NCBI GenBank assembly: GCA_037447605.1 | Contig: CM074806.1 | Coordinates: 2,170,001-2,234,000, forward strand | DNA length: 64,000 bases | DNA from: Zygnema circumcarinatum SAG 698-1b | Taxonomy: Eukaryota > Plantae > Zygnematophyceae | Direction of reading: 5' to 3' | Part shown: piece after piece, positions 12,429 through 25,232 of the stretch | Position numbering within the stretch: position 1 is the first letter of the stretch | How the letters are laid out: each line of letters starts with the position of its first letter | Position numbers and translations under genes: made by a program | The notes under the pieces: generated by a model | What the model saw: the letters and a program-made list of their open reading frames with translations, nothing else | Told to the model about the DNA's origin: nothing | Databases searched by the model: none

Positions 12429-13590
12429 TCATTTCCTGAATCCTCCCGGCCCGCCCGCCTCGGCCCCCGGTGGCCACTGGCCACTGAATCACGCGGATAC
12501 CGTACCGGTATACGTCCTCTTTCGGGAGGGAAGATCGCCTTACGGTGTGCATGCATGCATGCATGCATAAAAGCAATGCGAATCATGAGGCAATGACATG
12601 TTGGCGTTGGGGCAATACTTCTAGGAAGCGCTACCACAACCCCGACCCAAGGATGTGTGCTAAACGAAAAAAAAAAAAAAAATAGTCGTATATCTCTTAG
12701 AGTGTAACAACTAACAACACTCTAGTTTACTTTCTATGCGCTATAGCTGTAGAGAAAGGATCGTGAAGTGAAAAGAAACTGCTAGTTTGAAATTTTGTAT
12801 GATATTATCAAAAGGAAGGGAGAAAATAGAAAAGTACTTACCTCAGGAACTATCATTTCTTCTTGCTTACCTGTTCAATGCACACGGTACTTTTCCTAGA
12901 AAAATAATCGATAATAATCTTTAAATCGGACCCGCAGCTCCGCGATTACTCATTTGCCACTTTCCTCAAACTCAACGTAAAAACGAATGGACGCCGTTCT
13001 AGCACTGTGGTTTTGAATCAAGTTCGTATTCTTTGCGATGCGAGAAGCGTTAGCTGAGAACAAGTGTTGCTGGATAGCGAGGAGGATCGGAGGAGAGGGA
13101 GAATTGGGGAAAGTGAGAATTGCACAGGAGCGACGTGACTATGGGGGGAATGGAAATGGGAAAGCTGTGAGAAGGATACGAGAGAATGGACATTGAACTC
13201 ACGATGGCGATGCAGACAGAAAAGGAAAGAACAAGAAAGTGGTACGGACATGACGAGAGGTGTGCATGCATGCATGCATGCATGTGCATGCGGGGACGTC
13301 GCCGTTTCCCTGTCCGGGCCCTCCCTGTTGCACTCAGCTGGACGACGACTGGTCGGCACGGAACGCGAATGACGTGGCGCAAATCTGGCGGCTCTTCCTC
13401 GAAGCTTGCCGTACGTTTTGACCGTCGGATCGCGCGAAGCAGAACCGTCGGCGGTACGGCCATGAGCGCCAAATCCGGCGGGAGGTGCGGAGTTCGAACC
13501 GCCGCGCGTTCCGTAATCGCTTCGGACGGACGGGAAGGGCCGTCGCGAGGGCGGGGAAGGCCCTAAGGCCAGAGCTTGGGCCGCCGCGAG

Positions 13591-13650
13591 CAGGGCAGGG
13601 CAGGGCAGGGCAGGGCAGGGCAGGGCAGGGCAGGGCAGGGCAGGGCAGGG
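13591..13650 (+). repeat. (CAGGG)12 pentanucleotide array, G-quadruplex-type
   Basis: Twelve perfect CAGGG units ending ~190 bp upstream of the WD40 ATG. Confidence 0.95.
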
Positions 13651-13666
13651 AGGCTCTGGTGTACGT

Positions 13667-13757
13667 CCTAACCCTAACCCTAATCCTAATCCTAAACCTA
13701 ATCCGAACTCCAACCCTAATCCTAATCCCTCCTAGTCCTAATCCTAACCCTAATCCT
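13667..13757 (+). repeat. Degenerate telomere-like hexamer array (CCCTAA/TCCTAA; TTAGGG on the minus strand)
   Basis: About 15 hexamers: CCTAAC CCTAAC CCTAAT CCTAAT CCTAAA CCTAAT ... CCTAAC CCTAAT. Confidence 0.85.
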
Positions 13758-13836
13758 CATGCTCGCTACCGTAGCGGAGGAGGGGTGCGCTTTCGCCTTG
13801 CACCTGTCATAAGTGATTTAGAGTGCCGTTGAAGCC

Positions 13837-16800
13837 ATGGTGGGGTTTACGGAGCTTGTCTTGGCCGCTTCGTCTGTCGACTCGCCACTTATAGCATGGG
13901 ATTTGCACACGGGGAAGTTGCGGGCCAATTACAAGCAGACGCCCGGGACGCCCATGGCTTCACCCAGAAATTCGCTTTGCAGCATTGGCTCCGATTATTT
14001 TGCTGCAAGTCAAATTTTAAAGTCAGGAGGAGCCATCTGCGCCTGGCTGTGGCATAAGGTTAGAACTCTTATCTTTAATGTATATGATGTTTTAAGGCAT
14101 TGTAGGAATTGGGATAGGAGTACGACATACCATGGCTGGATGAATAACGGAATTAGTGACTTCAGTAAACAATGTCGATGGCTTTTAAACTAGGAATGGC
14201 GAATTAATCGAGCCAGCTCGACCCACTGACTCAGTTCCTTCTTTCCCGTAAATATATGCTGGTGCGCGGCAAGCCTAGATTGGTTCCACATAACGTGGCA
14301 ACGGTCACTGAGTTACCTGGCTCGAGCCATTGCCACCCCTATGACAAACATCATTGGAGGACTTTGAAGTCTTTTGTCGGCTTATTTCGAAATATAGTCT
14401 TTGAACCACATTTGTGATATGGGTCAATTGGTTATGCAGCTCGTTGAGAAAGGAGTTCAAGAAATCAAGAGTCCTTTCTCGCATTATAGTTTGGATTGCA
14501 ATATTGCATGTCTCCCATACAGTGGTGTCTGTCTACAAGTTAAAAAATGTAGAGCATGTACCATGCCCAATTTATGCTGTCCGCTCTCAAAGTTCAATAT
14601 TGTCTGGAAATATGCCTGAGCATTCCTTGTTACGAGTGGCTGGGCGAAGAGCAAACTGACAAACTCGTTACGGTGGCGTGCTGCCTGGGCAGTCTACTGT
14701 TGTATTGAAGAGCTTTCCTGTGGAAGCAGTGGACCCATTGGCATGTTCCAGTGATGGAACATTGCTGATTGCCGGAGGACACTCAGGCCGAGTCTATCTC
14801 TGGGAGGTTGGTTCCGAATCCATAGCTTCTGAATGGTGCACATTAATCTGTTGAATCTTGCCGGTCCGGAGCCTCTTATTGTAGGCTGCTAAGCTTTGGC
14901 CTGGACAATGATCCTCCACGTGTTGTTGTTCCCCCTTCACTCCACATGCCGTGATCCTCAGCACTCTGACATTGTGGTTTTCCAATCTTGTGCCTAAGTT
15001 CTCCAACCAGCTCGTTCCTTCCAGCCTTCAATAGTGAAGCTCTCAGAGTATAGTGTGAATGGCGGTAGATTGTAGAAAGGAGTGGTTCAGGCAATCAATT
15101 CAAGGTGGGCCCTATATGTGCTTGGCAGGTTGCAACGGGTCGCTTGTTGCGCTCATGGGCTGCACACTACAAGGCAGTCACATGTCTCGCCTTTTCGGAT
15201 GATGATTCGCTCATCATATCGGGCGGCGAGGATGCCCTTGTCAATGTGTGGCCAGTGATCAGGTTAATCTCCAAAGTCCTCTACCTGCAGCTTTCATGCT
15301 GGTCAACGGAGGCAATCTCGTGGAGTACTACCCTGCTTTTGGCCACGATACAGGGGTCGTTTCATCATTTTCGATCAGTAACATATTCGTCAGGGATGAT
15401 AAATGATGATCGTAGATGTTCAGATTTGAAAAGGGGGAAGCCCTGCAGCTTAGTGCAGGAGCATTCAAGTTCAAAAAAAGTCGTTCCTGCTCTGCGTGTT
15501 CGGTCCAGTCAGAGCTCATATCAGCATCTCCTCTAGGACTAGGAGGCTGACTTGATATGCTGAAAGTTGTTGTGCGTGAATGGATTGGTTGGCAGAATGC
15601 TTGACGGTGCGAATGACGTTCGAGTTGGGGGGGCAGAGCCTCGGGCAGTGTCTCCCATGTACAGTTGGGCTGACCATAGCCAAATGGTCACGGGACTGTT
15701 TGCCGGCAGTGGAGGAAGCAGCGCTGTGGTTGTATCATGCTCTGCTGATCATACTTGCAAGGTGTTGGGCTCGTCCTCCATTTGGCCCCACCAGGCAAAG
15801 CCCCCTTATGGTCTCTTTCCTAGTCCACAGCGACAGGATTACTCTCTATTTTGTCAAGACATCCATCTGGAAAAGCATCTTTTTTCTCTGGACGTAAATG
15901 CAGGGCCTACGATTTAGCATATCTAAATGTTAAGATCAATCTTTTTTGTCTCAATGTCACTTGAACAAAATTCCGATTCATACTGCATAGGCCCTAGAGA
16001 AACTCTATGTGATGGTAGAAGTACCTGCTGTCGTATGTTAAAGTGTCCTTGCGATGGTTAACCGTGGTTGGTGCTCACATCAGGTTGTCTCTCGCCCATT
16101 TCTGCACAGTTTTACAGCCTTGCGCTGGGTGCTCTTCTGCGCTCTATTGTCTTTCCAGTCGAAATCAATGCAGCCCTTATGGACCCTGGCGAATATTGTC
16201 TCTATGCGGGTGGAAATGATGGACGGATCTTTATTACATCGCTCAACTATGGGGGCAGTGCGGGCATTCCTGCAGAGTCTGGACTAGATGACACCTTCTT
16301 GCATGGCCATAAGTAAGCCCCTATCTTTAAATTTATGTTTTCCCCCCTTATGACGTTTGTTGCTTTCCTCATATCGGGGCTGACTGTGATTACGCTCACA
16401 GTTCAAACTGTGAATTTGATTTTCCTCGTGTTTATGCTCCAAACATGTGCGTCTTTGAGTTTCGAGGGAGTCTGAGTTGCAGTATTCTGAAGACGACGAA
16501 AAGGTGGTTTTGACAGGCGGGCAGTGACAGCTCTTGCCTTCAGTATGGACTCAGTGCTCCTTGTTTCTGCGTCGGAGGACTGCACTGCATGCGTCTGGGA
16601 TACAGCGTCAAGGAAAATGCTGAGGAGGCTGGAGCATCCGAAAGGTGAGTCACGATTTTGACCCGCGAACTGACGTCGCATACACCTACATCCTTTCGCT
16701 AAATGACGGAAAAGCGGTGAAGATAATGAAATCAACTTTACACTGATATATGTTTCCTTACTGTTGTTTGCAACCTGGAAGTAAGGTTACTGCCTGCCTG

Positions 16801-17528
16801 ACCGTGCTGCCCGTGCTTTCCGTGTCTTGGGTCTTGTGCATCGCCAGGGCCCATCACGAGCATCCTTCTGCTGCCTACACCCGCCATAATGCCGTCTTCC
16901 CAGAGCTCAGACCATGCCGCTCGCTTTGCTGCAAAAAGAGGCCCATCGATAACCGCTGCACAGCTCCACAAGTACCCACATGGAGCAGAAGGGACGGGAC
17001 AGTCCAATCCTTGGGAAGGCCCTCCTGTAGTGGTGCCGGCGTACTTGGTGGCAGAGGATGGGCCCTATGAAGCGGAGGATTGGACAGGGCCCTGCTTTTC
17101 CAGATTTGCCATAGAGCGGCAAATGGCAGAAACTGAGGTAGTGTCTTTTTCTAACCGTTAACCAACGTGGGTTAGTGGGCCCGTTGTGTTATGTGCGTTA
17201 ACTGGGTACTGTCAAGTGCGAGATTTGCCTGATCATGTGTATTGCATGGGCCTTTGACATTCTGCCGGAATAGTGGCTGACTGCTCTCCACTCGTGTTGT
17301 TGGGACTGGTTTTGAACGCAGGAGGGCAACTCTGTGGCAAGCCTGCAGGTGGCTCTGGAGAAGAAGCGCGCTGAGGTGAAGAGAGCGTTGGATTTGTCGG
17401 ATGGCTGGAGGGAGCAGTTTGATCAGAGCTATCAGGTGGCTTCCAACCTGCTTAAGTATGCGGGCAGCCAGAGAGAGAAGAAGCCAGATAGTGGAGAGGG
17501 AGAGTCAGAGAGAGGGAGAAGTGTGTGA
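13837..17528 (+). CDS. RID3: WD40 protein, WDR18/IPI3/ROOT INITIATION DEFECTIVE 3-like (Rix1 complex, ribosome biogenesis); 8 coding exons
   Basis: Spliced peptides LKSFPVEAVGPLACSSDG...GRVYLWE|VATGRLLRSWAAHYKAVTCLAFSDDDSLIISGGED, SCSADHTCK, IVFPVEINAALMDPG, HGHK|RAVTALAFS, and a C-terminal coiled coil. Stop at 17526-17528. Confidence 0.85.
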
Positions 17529-18320
17529 ACATAAACCCAAATAATAAGATTATCCTTACCTTTGTACGGGCTAGCAACGAATAATGGTTAAAAAGCCTCT
17601 AGGATTGGTTACTAATAAGCTAAAGTTAGTATCACGCTTTTGCGAGTCCACACTTGTCTCGTGTGGAACTGACATGCCTGCTCACCTTATATCTGCAAGA
17701 AAATTGCGAATAAGTGCGTTATTAAGGCGTTGGGCAGTAGGTTTATGCTGACTGCAACGTGAATATCTTCTCCTTCCTTTTTCTATGATATAAGATGTTG
17801 TTGATTGTGGTCTCATGTTGTCCACGGTGACAGAATTAATGTGTTCAAAATTGCTTCCAATAAATAGGGCTATAAGTTGCAATGCATGCTAACTCGAAGA
17901 AAGGTTTTCACTATGGCGGCTGCAGGTTTGTTGGATACTGAACAGTAGTTTTTGAAAATTATGGGAAATTGTACATTTAATGTTCAATCAAACTGCATTT
18001 GATGTGGTCTATTCCTCCGACACTCAGTTATCCCCGGCTCGTGACAACTCCATGCTCGACGATATGTGGCTGGCATTATGCTCATGGTACGATCACTAAT
18101 CTGCCTATACAGGGTTACGTGAGCCGCAAAGCATTCTCTATTCACGCTAGGTTACAGTTTTCAGGTACTTCTCTGTTCAGATTTACTAGACACGAGCCAT
18201 GTATCTGCATCCCCGCGTACCTACACCCCCCTATTTGCGTGGTATGGCACAGTTCCGTTACTTCTATCCGTTCCTTCCCATCATTTTTCAAGGGCATCCG
18301 AGAAATGCACATTGCCGAGC

Positions 18321-21300
18321 TCAATCCTCCATGTCGTCATCGTCTAGAATGTTCAGCTTCTCTTCCAACTTAGCGCGCTTCAAATCAACAGAGCCACTCT
18401 CTGGCAAACTGACGAAATCTGCGAGAGGAACCATCTTTTGTGCAGCAATCCCTCCGTCCTTGACTACTCGATACGATAGCTGGTCTCCCCTCGGACTCGC
18501 ATCGATAAAAACAGTACAGTTGTCGTCTATTTCCCCGTTGATCATCATGCGGGACAGCTGCGTCACCACCTTTTTCTCCAGCCACCTCCTCAGTGGTCTC
18601 GCGCCATAGATCTGCGAGCGGACCCATACATGAGCACAAAGCAGTTTAGCTTCTGACACATCGATGGATGTTCCACCAACGAGACAGTAAGCCGGCGAGG
18701 GAACAGAAAGCATACCGGGTCATAGGCTTCCGCAAGGACCAAGTCGAGGGCTGTGTCACTAACAGCTAGCGCCACCCCCCGGTCTGCCAGACGATTCGCC
18801 ACTTGCCGCATCTGCAGGCGCGCAACCTTCCTCAGTTGTGGCAAAGCGAGCGGCTCAAACACCACAATCTCGTCGAGCCGGTTCAGCAGCTCGGGCCGGA
18901 AGTAGCTCCGCACCTGGAACACGCACATGCATGCGAAGTTACTTTCAGAATGTGGTACACACACGAGAGAAGAAGCCGAGAAGAAGGATGGTACAAGGAA
19001 AGTGTGGTGGAGTAACACAGGTCTGCCCTAGTTTCGCACTCACCTCCTGTAACACGTTTTGCTTTGCTGTCTCTAGGGTCTCCTGTCCGGCAAGCGCCTT
19101 TAGCAGGTGTTCAGCACCCAGATTGGAGGTCATGATGATCACAGTGTTGCTGAAGTCAACTGTGTGGCCTTGCCCATCTGTCAAGCGTCCATCGTCCAGC
19201 ACTTGCAGGAGGGTGTTGAACACCGCAACGTGCGCTTTCTCCACCTCATCGAGGAGCACCACGCTGTATGGCCGCCTTCGGACTGCCTCTGTAAGCTGGC
19301 CTCCCTCATCATGGCCCACGTACCTGCACATTTACGAAGAGCACAAACAGCCGTGAGCACTGTTGTCGAAGTCCAAAAAAAGCAAAGCAGCTTCAGCACT
19401 CCTTTCAGCGAGAGAGCAATAGGTGAAATCTGGTTTCAGTGTTTACCCAGGCGGAGCTCCAATCAGTCGAGAAACTGAATGTTGTTCCATAAACTCCGAC
19501 ATGTCCAATCGCACGACCTGATTCTCGTTGTCAAAAAGCTGCTCTGCTAGCGCCTTCGCCAGTTCCGTCTTCCCAACACCCGTTGGACCAAGGAAGAGGA
19601 ACGACCCGGTCGGCTGACCAGGTCTGCTCAGCCCTGCCCTTGACCGGAGCACTGCTTCAGCAACTGCTTGCACTGCAGTGTCTTGCCCAACAACTCGTTG
19701 GTGCAGCCTTTCAGCTAAACCCAGTAACCTCTGTTTGTCGTTTTGGCCAAGACGTGTAACTGGAATTCCAGTCCATCTGCTCACAACCTCAGCAATCTGA
19801 TCTGGTCCCACAGTTTCAGTGAGCATGTTGTTCTCTCCCAGCTCCGCTTCGTACTTCGAAATGTCTGCCTCAAGCTGTGGCAACTCGCCATACTTGATGT
19901 CGGCAGCTCTAATGACCTGCTCCCGCGCTTCAGCTTCCTGCAAGTCGACCAGCTTCCTCTCTCGTTTCTGCTTCAGTGCCCGAAGCTTTTCTACTCGCGT
20001 CTTCTCGCTTTTGTAACGCATCTGTAGCGGTTGCAGCGTGTCCCGCAGAGCCGCCAGCTCCTGTTTCACTTCAACCAGTCGCGCCGCGCTGGCCTTGTCC
20101 TTCTCTTTCTCCAAAGCATGCGCTTCCACTTCCAGCTGGATGCGTCGCCTCTCCATGGCGTCAATTTCTTCCGGCTGGCTATCAAGCTGCACTCTCACAT
20201 TCGCACAAGCCTCATCTACCAAGTCGATTGCTTTATCGGGAAGATGACGACCTGTGTGAGTCAGCGAAAATACGCGTGACTAGTGTAAGTATGCTCATCT
20301 CCTAACGAATCTGCGTATACATACCCCTCTCGATTTGCTGGTCACTGCATGTATGTATCCCTCTAAATTCGTCGAACACTGCCATGCAAAAATCAATATG
20401 TATATGCAACATGGTGATGAGATTTCCTGCAATTCATTCCTAGCTGAAATGAATTGACTTACCGGTTATGTATCGACTGGAAAGCTGAGCTGCTATGACC
20501 AACGCCCTGTCTGCAATCCGCACGCCATGATGCCCTTCATACCTCTCCTTCAGACCTCGCAGGATGCTGATAGTGTCCTCGACAGAAGGTTCCTTCACAA
20601 GCACCTGCCCATCCAGCATGGGCAGCAACCAGTTTCAAGTTAAAAGAGTGGATTTTGCAATTTTTTACTTGTTATAATGCGTCTAATTCCAAAAAAAAGA
20701 GTGGATTTTCCAAAAATGTACATAGAGGTCCTGCAACAATTAAATAAAATACGCCACATACCTGCTGGAATCGGCGCTCAAATGCTGCATCCTTTTCGAC
20801 GTACTTCCTATACTCTTCAGTGGTTGTTGCGCCAATGCACCGGAGCTGTCCCCGAGCTAGCATGGGCTTTAAAAGATTGGCAGCATCCATGGAACCTTCC
20901 GTCCTCCCTGCATGCTAGGACAGCCACCGTTTCAATTACCAACTTCTCTCCACATTCGATCCACTAACTGTTAAGTTCTTAAATCAGACTGTTCTGTGTC
21001 TATTCAGCTATTCAGCTTTCAAATAGTTCAATTTCGCACTCACCTGCTCCTAAGACCAGGTGAATTTCATCAATGAAAAGAATGACTTTGCCGCTTGCAT
21101 CCTCCACCTCCTTCAGCACTGCCTTCAAGCGTTCTTCAAACTCTCCACGATACTTTGCACCAGCAACAAGGGCACCCATGTCTAGAGCCACCAAGCGAAC
21201 GTCCAGAAGATTGCTGGCAATAACACAATACAATCCCATATGTCAATACCTCGATGAAGAAGAGCAAGAAAATTATTCCGCGCGGAAAGGTCAATGATGT

Positions 21301-22220
21301 CTGGCGTCCTCAACTTAGAACTGATGCAGCAGTCACGTAGCTGGGCTACATCAGAAGATCACCTTGGCGCATCCCCTCGGACTATTCGCTGTGCAAGACC
21401 TTCAACCACTGCGGTCTTGCCTACTCCGGGTTCACCGATAAGAACAGGATTGTTCTTTGTCCTCCGCGACAAGATTCGAATTACTCGCCTAATTTCATCA
21501 TCCCGACCAATAACTGGATCCAATTTTGATGCTTGTTCAACCAAGTCCCTGCCGTACTTCTTCAAGGCCTGCATGGGAAAGCAGAAAACAGTATCACGTA
21601 ATTCAGCTAAGCAATATCGTCGTCAGCACAGCCACAGGCACAGGCAGGGGAAGTGGAACCACCTACCTTGAAAATGCAGAAGAAGTCACCGATTCCAGTT
21701 GTAAGTGGACAAGGAGAGTTTCGATGAAATGTACCTGAAAATTTGAGTCACCGCTTGCGCTCTGCACCTTCTTATCTCCTCCCCTCAAACCATCCAGCTC
21801 CAATCTCACTCGGGCCGGAACCAGCCCGGCATTCTTCAGGGCGTCTGATATTTGACTGTCCTCTAGCAATGCAAGGAGGAGCTGGTCAACGGCCAGGAAC
21901 GAGTCGCCGTGCTTCTTCTGATTACTCTGCGCCTTCCGTAAGACTTTTAAGAGTGCTGAGCTTGCAGAAATCTCATCAGGCGGTGGGTCCTGGGAAGGGA
22001 TTTTTTGCAGAGCTCGTTTCAATTCACTTTCAAATGATGCTGGAGACTCTGCTCCTTGGCCTGCTCTCGATAGAGCCTCCTTAAAGAAACCATCTCCATC
22101 CTCCAGAAGTGCAATCCCAAGGTGTACGGGGGTTATTTGCGCATGTCCTCCTTCCTGTGCCACGTCTCTTGCAGCTGACAGTACTTCATTGGTCTTGTGG
22201 GTGAATTGTTCAGGATTCAT
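18321..22220 (-). CDS. HSP101: Cytosolic HSP101/ClpB disaggregase, multi-exon
   Basis: Starts [12 protein letters not shown]. Walker A motifs GEPGVGKT and GPTGVGKT, plus [15 protein letters not shown], the middle domain, [33 protein letters not shown] and YGARPLRR. No transit peptide. All junctions are GT-AG. Confidence 0.97.
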
Positions 22221-22509
22221 GGCGTAGCTCCTGCTCCCCTCAATTTAGAAAATATACGAATTCCTAAAATTACAAATTCTAATCACTTGAGCCCCTCTTC
22301 ACAAGAAATGAGAAGCACACTTGCTTCCCTTCTTTCAATCTATCAGTAGCGTTTTCTTCTGAGCTGAACAGGCTTTCCTACAGCTGTGAATGCTCCACTT
22401 CAATCTTACTTTCTGATAATTTTAGCACGGTAGTAGCTGCGCATATGTATGCATGCAGTTCAGGAGCCGTCACGTCGCTTCCCGGCCCTGCTGCGGAGGG
22501 GCCTGGGCG

Positions 22510-22529
22510 CTTCCAGGAGCTTCCCGAGG
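22510..22529. promoter_or_regulatory. Imperfect heat shock element upstream of HSP101
   Basis: Four alternating pentamers cTTCc aGGAg cTTCc cGAGg ~290 bp upstream of the ATG. A second imperfect element (gCTCc aGAAa gGTCg) lies near 22568 and TTCtaGAG near 22673. Confidence 0.55.
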
Positions 22530-22818
22530 CGGGGCCGCGGCCGGCGCTGACTTGGCGGAAAGCGACCGCTCCAGAAAGGTCGCGGCCTACGGACGGACGG
22601 TCGGGGGGGGGGGACGCACACGAGCGTTGCTGTGATGCTGCCACGTGACGTCACGTCGGCATAGAAAAGTATTTCTAGAGCCAGTGGGATCGTGTCACGT
22701 GTCCAAAAGCCGAAAATGCTGACATGGCCGGGCAGAGGTCGTATCGGAATGGATTCGAAGATCCGACGTGGACCACGAACGCTCCCAAGGCTTTCGTCCT
22801 TCGTGTGAGCATTTGGAT

Positions 22819-22976
22819 CCTCGTGGTTCCCCGTGTTGGTTTTGTCCGTGTACATTATTTGATGGCATCGCCATGCGGGAGATGACTGCCACATCGGAAC
22901 GAGAAAATAGCATTGATCTCACAATGGCGAGGCCATCAAATATACATGGACAATAGAAGCATGGGAAACCACGAGG
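22819..22976. other. 158-bp imperfect inverted repeat (pre-miRNA-like foldback or small MITE)
   Basis: Arm 22819-22874 (cctcgtggttccccgtg...tttgatggcatcgccat) pairs with arm 22924-22976 (atggcgaggccatcaaa...gggaaaccacgagg). Confidence 0.85.
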
Positions 22977-23289
22977 AACAACTGGTCGCAAAGGACCTGC
23001 TGCCACTGCCACATCCAGTTCCGACTTGTTGTGATTTATCCTTGCCAGTGACGAGAGCTCGAGCTTCTGGCAGGGCGGGCTGACGCCGTACAGGAGAGAA
23101 GGTAGAAGAGGCAGGAGCGCAACGGAGGTGGCGGTGGAAAATGATTGGCGTTGTGCGCACACCGGTGCGCTGGGAGCCATCTTTTGCAATGATCTTCTTT
23201 ACATAGCTTATCGATTGACTCTGTCAATGCGCAATAGCGTAACTCATTGGCTGCGGTGTTATGTATTAGAGTTTTAGCTACATCATTGT

Positions 23290-23830
23290 AATGGTTCCAA
23301 TGGTACCAAGACTCAAACCATTGGAACAACAAACCATGGCAATCCATTGTTTTCCAGTTTAATTTTGCTGGCCAATGGTGCGCAGCCGTTGGCAGTGGGT
23401 GGCGTTGCCAATGCTTGGTTAGTGTCGCCAAGCAATGGTTGCAACCCCATGGTTGTCAACCGTGAAGTCCAGTGGTCGTGAGCATTGGCAAAAGTTGCTG
23501 GGTCCACCGATTAATGTCGAAAACCAGTCGAAATGGTTGGTTGGGCCCGCCAATGAATGGTTTCCACAGAGCAAGGTTGGCAGCCATTACTGGACGGAAC
23601 CGACAATCCCCAATGGTTGGGACCATCACCAAAAAGGGGTAAAATTTCATAACAGGGGGGTTCAGACTTGCGCCATAACCCCACTATAATATGAGTTTCC
23701 ACCCTTAGCGCATATCGCTTGTGAAATGACAGCGGACTTCTTTTTATTACTTCCTCAGGTCCCCAACCACTAGTTCCAACCATTGGCAATGGTTGGCAAC
23801 CATTGAACCAAACGGTTGCCCGGGCCTGAC
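23290..23830. repeat. Degenerate AACCA/TGGTT palindrome array (locus 1 of 3)
   Basis: Repeated aaccattgg, ccaatggtt, ggttggcaacc, ggttgcaacc and aaaccagtcgaaatggtt words, shared with 42375-42595 and 57440-57670. Confidence 0.7.
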
Positions 23831-25232
23831 AACCAACGGCTGCAATCCGAACAGCCCTCACCGTCCGATCGTCCACGTCGGCAAAACAGCAAGATGTACA
23901 AGAATCTACGGTCCTGTGTCGCGCGACCCAACCCACAAAAATATCAATCACGTCCAAAATTGAGCCTCCGTACAACTCCAAGAGTAGCTTCCGTACATCG
24001 AGTCCCCTGGTGGCTCCGTACAGGTCGGTGTGGCTGATCTGGCTGACACGGCACTCCCCATTTCCCTCCCTTTCCTCCCGCCTACATCTGACGTGGGAGA
24101 AGTCCTTTCAATTTTTCGCAGCTATGAAACGCCTGCGCTAGTACCACATTTGGGAGTGCTTGTAGCGTTCAAGGACTAAAATGAGGGAGTGGGACGAGCA
24201 GGCCAGCAAGTAAGAGGCGGAGAGGAGGCGCGTCCATAGTGTCGTCGCTCTATGAATGGGCGCTGTGAAGCGGCCGCCTCATACACGTGCGAGGCTACGC
24301 GAAATACTCTTGCAAGGACCTGTGTCGAGGATCGAGGGTAATTGTACAGTTGAGCCATAAAGTTAAAAGGTAGGTCGCGTTCTGTGCCAATGCCGCTTCT
24401 TTCCTTTCTGTCCTTCTTCTTGTACACATGCGCTATTTCAAGAGAATGTCTTGGTATAATGCGTGACGTTTCAACCTTTGCACACAACAATTCAATGTTG
24501 GCGCCGGCACCCGCCTCTCCATGTTCCCTCCACCAGGCATGTTCGCAATTCGCCACAACCCACGACCCTTCTCCATGTACGGACGGTGACTTGCCCATGG
24601 GCGGCAGACCGCCGTACTACGCGTACCGTACGGATGGACTGAACTGTCTGCATGCAGCTCCATGTGAATGTTCGGCGAGCGGGTGAGTTTGAACTCGCCA
24701 GTTCCGTACGGAGGTACGATGCCGGCCAATGGGCGGCGCGCAGAGCCAGAGCCGCGAGGGCGGTGCCGCCCAGGGGAGGGCGGGCCTGCCAGCGCCGGCC
24801 AATGGCGGGTGGGCCACGTGGCACGGGCCGCCGGATAGAGTCGATGACGCCCAGGCCCAGGCCGAGGGCCGGGCCGGGCCACCGCCCGCCCGTCCGCCCA
24901 CCCGCCCGCCCGGCCGGCTCTGCTGTGAATTAGGGTTGCGCCGCGCCGCGTCGCGTCGCACCGCTAGCTGCGCTGCTCTGCGCTGCTGCGCGCCTCGCCC
25001 TGCAGTGCCGCACCGCTGCCATGGCTGCCGGGGGGCTGGGCCGTCTCGCCTGCTGCAGGACCGTGGATGAGGGCGGCAGGCTGACGGTGCAGAGGAAGGG
25101 AACCTGTGCGCTAGGGCATAGGTGACGGGGTAATTGAGCTTTTGGAAGAGAGCTGGAGATTCTGAAGCCTTGAAAGAGAGCGAATTTGAGATCCGTTTAG
25201 GCTTCTTAATGTTGGCATTAGAGCACCAGATA

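Noticed and set aside
11756-12637. ORFs with MDGW/IHPS repeats
   Set aside because: Translations of the ATCC minisatellite.
13450-13505. tRNA-like element (GGCGGT...AGTTCGAACCGCC)
   Set aside because: Only ~55 nt, with no D or anticodon arms and no complete T stem.
13018-13832. ORFs with LGLG/PALPC/GQGRA repeats
   Set aside because: Translations of the CAGGG and CCTAA arrays in a promoter.
15403-15563. Intronic C/D snoRNA in the WD40 gene (ATGATGA ... CTGA)
   Set aside because: Boxes are present, but I could identify no terminal stem or rRNA-complementary guide. It needs snoscan or small-RNA data.
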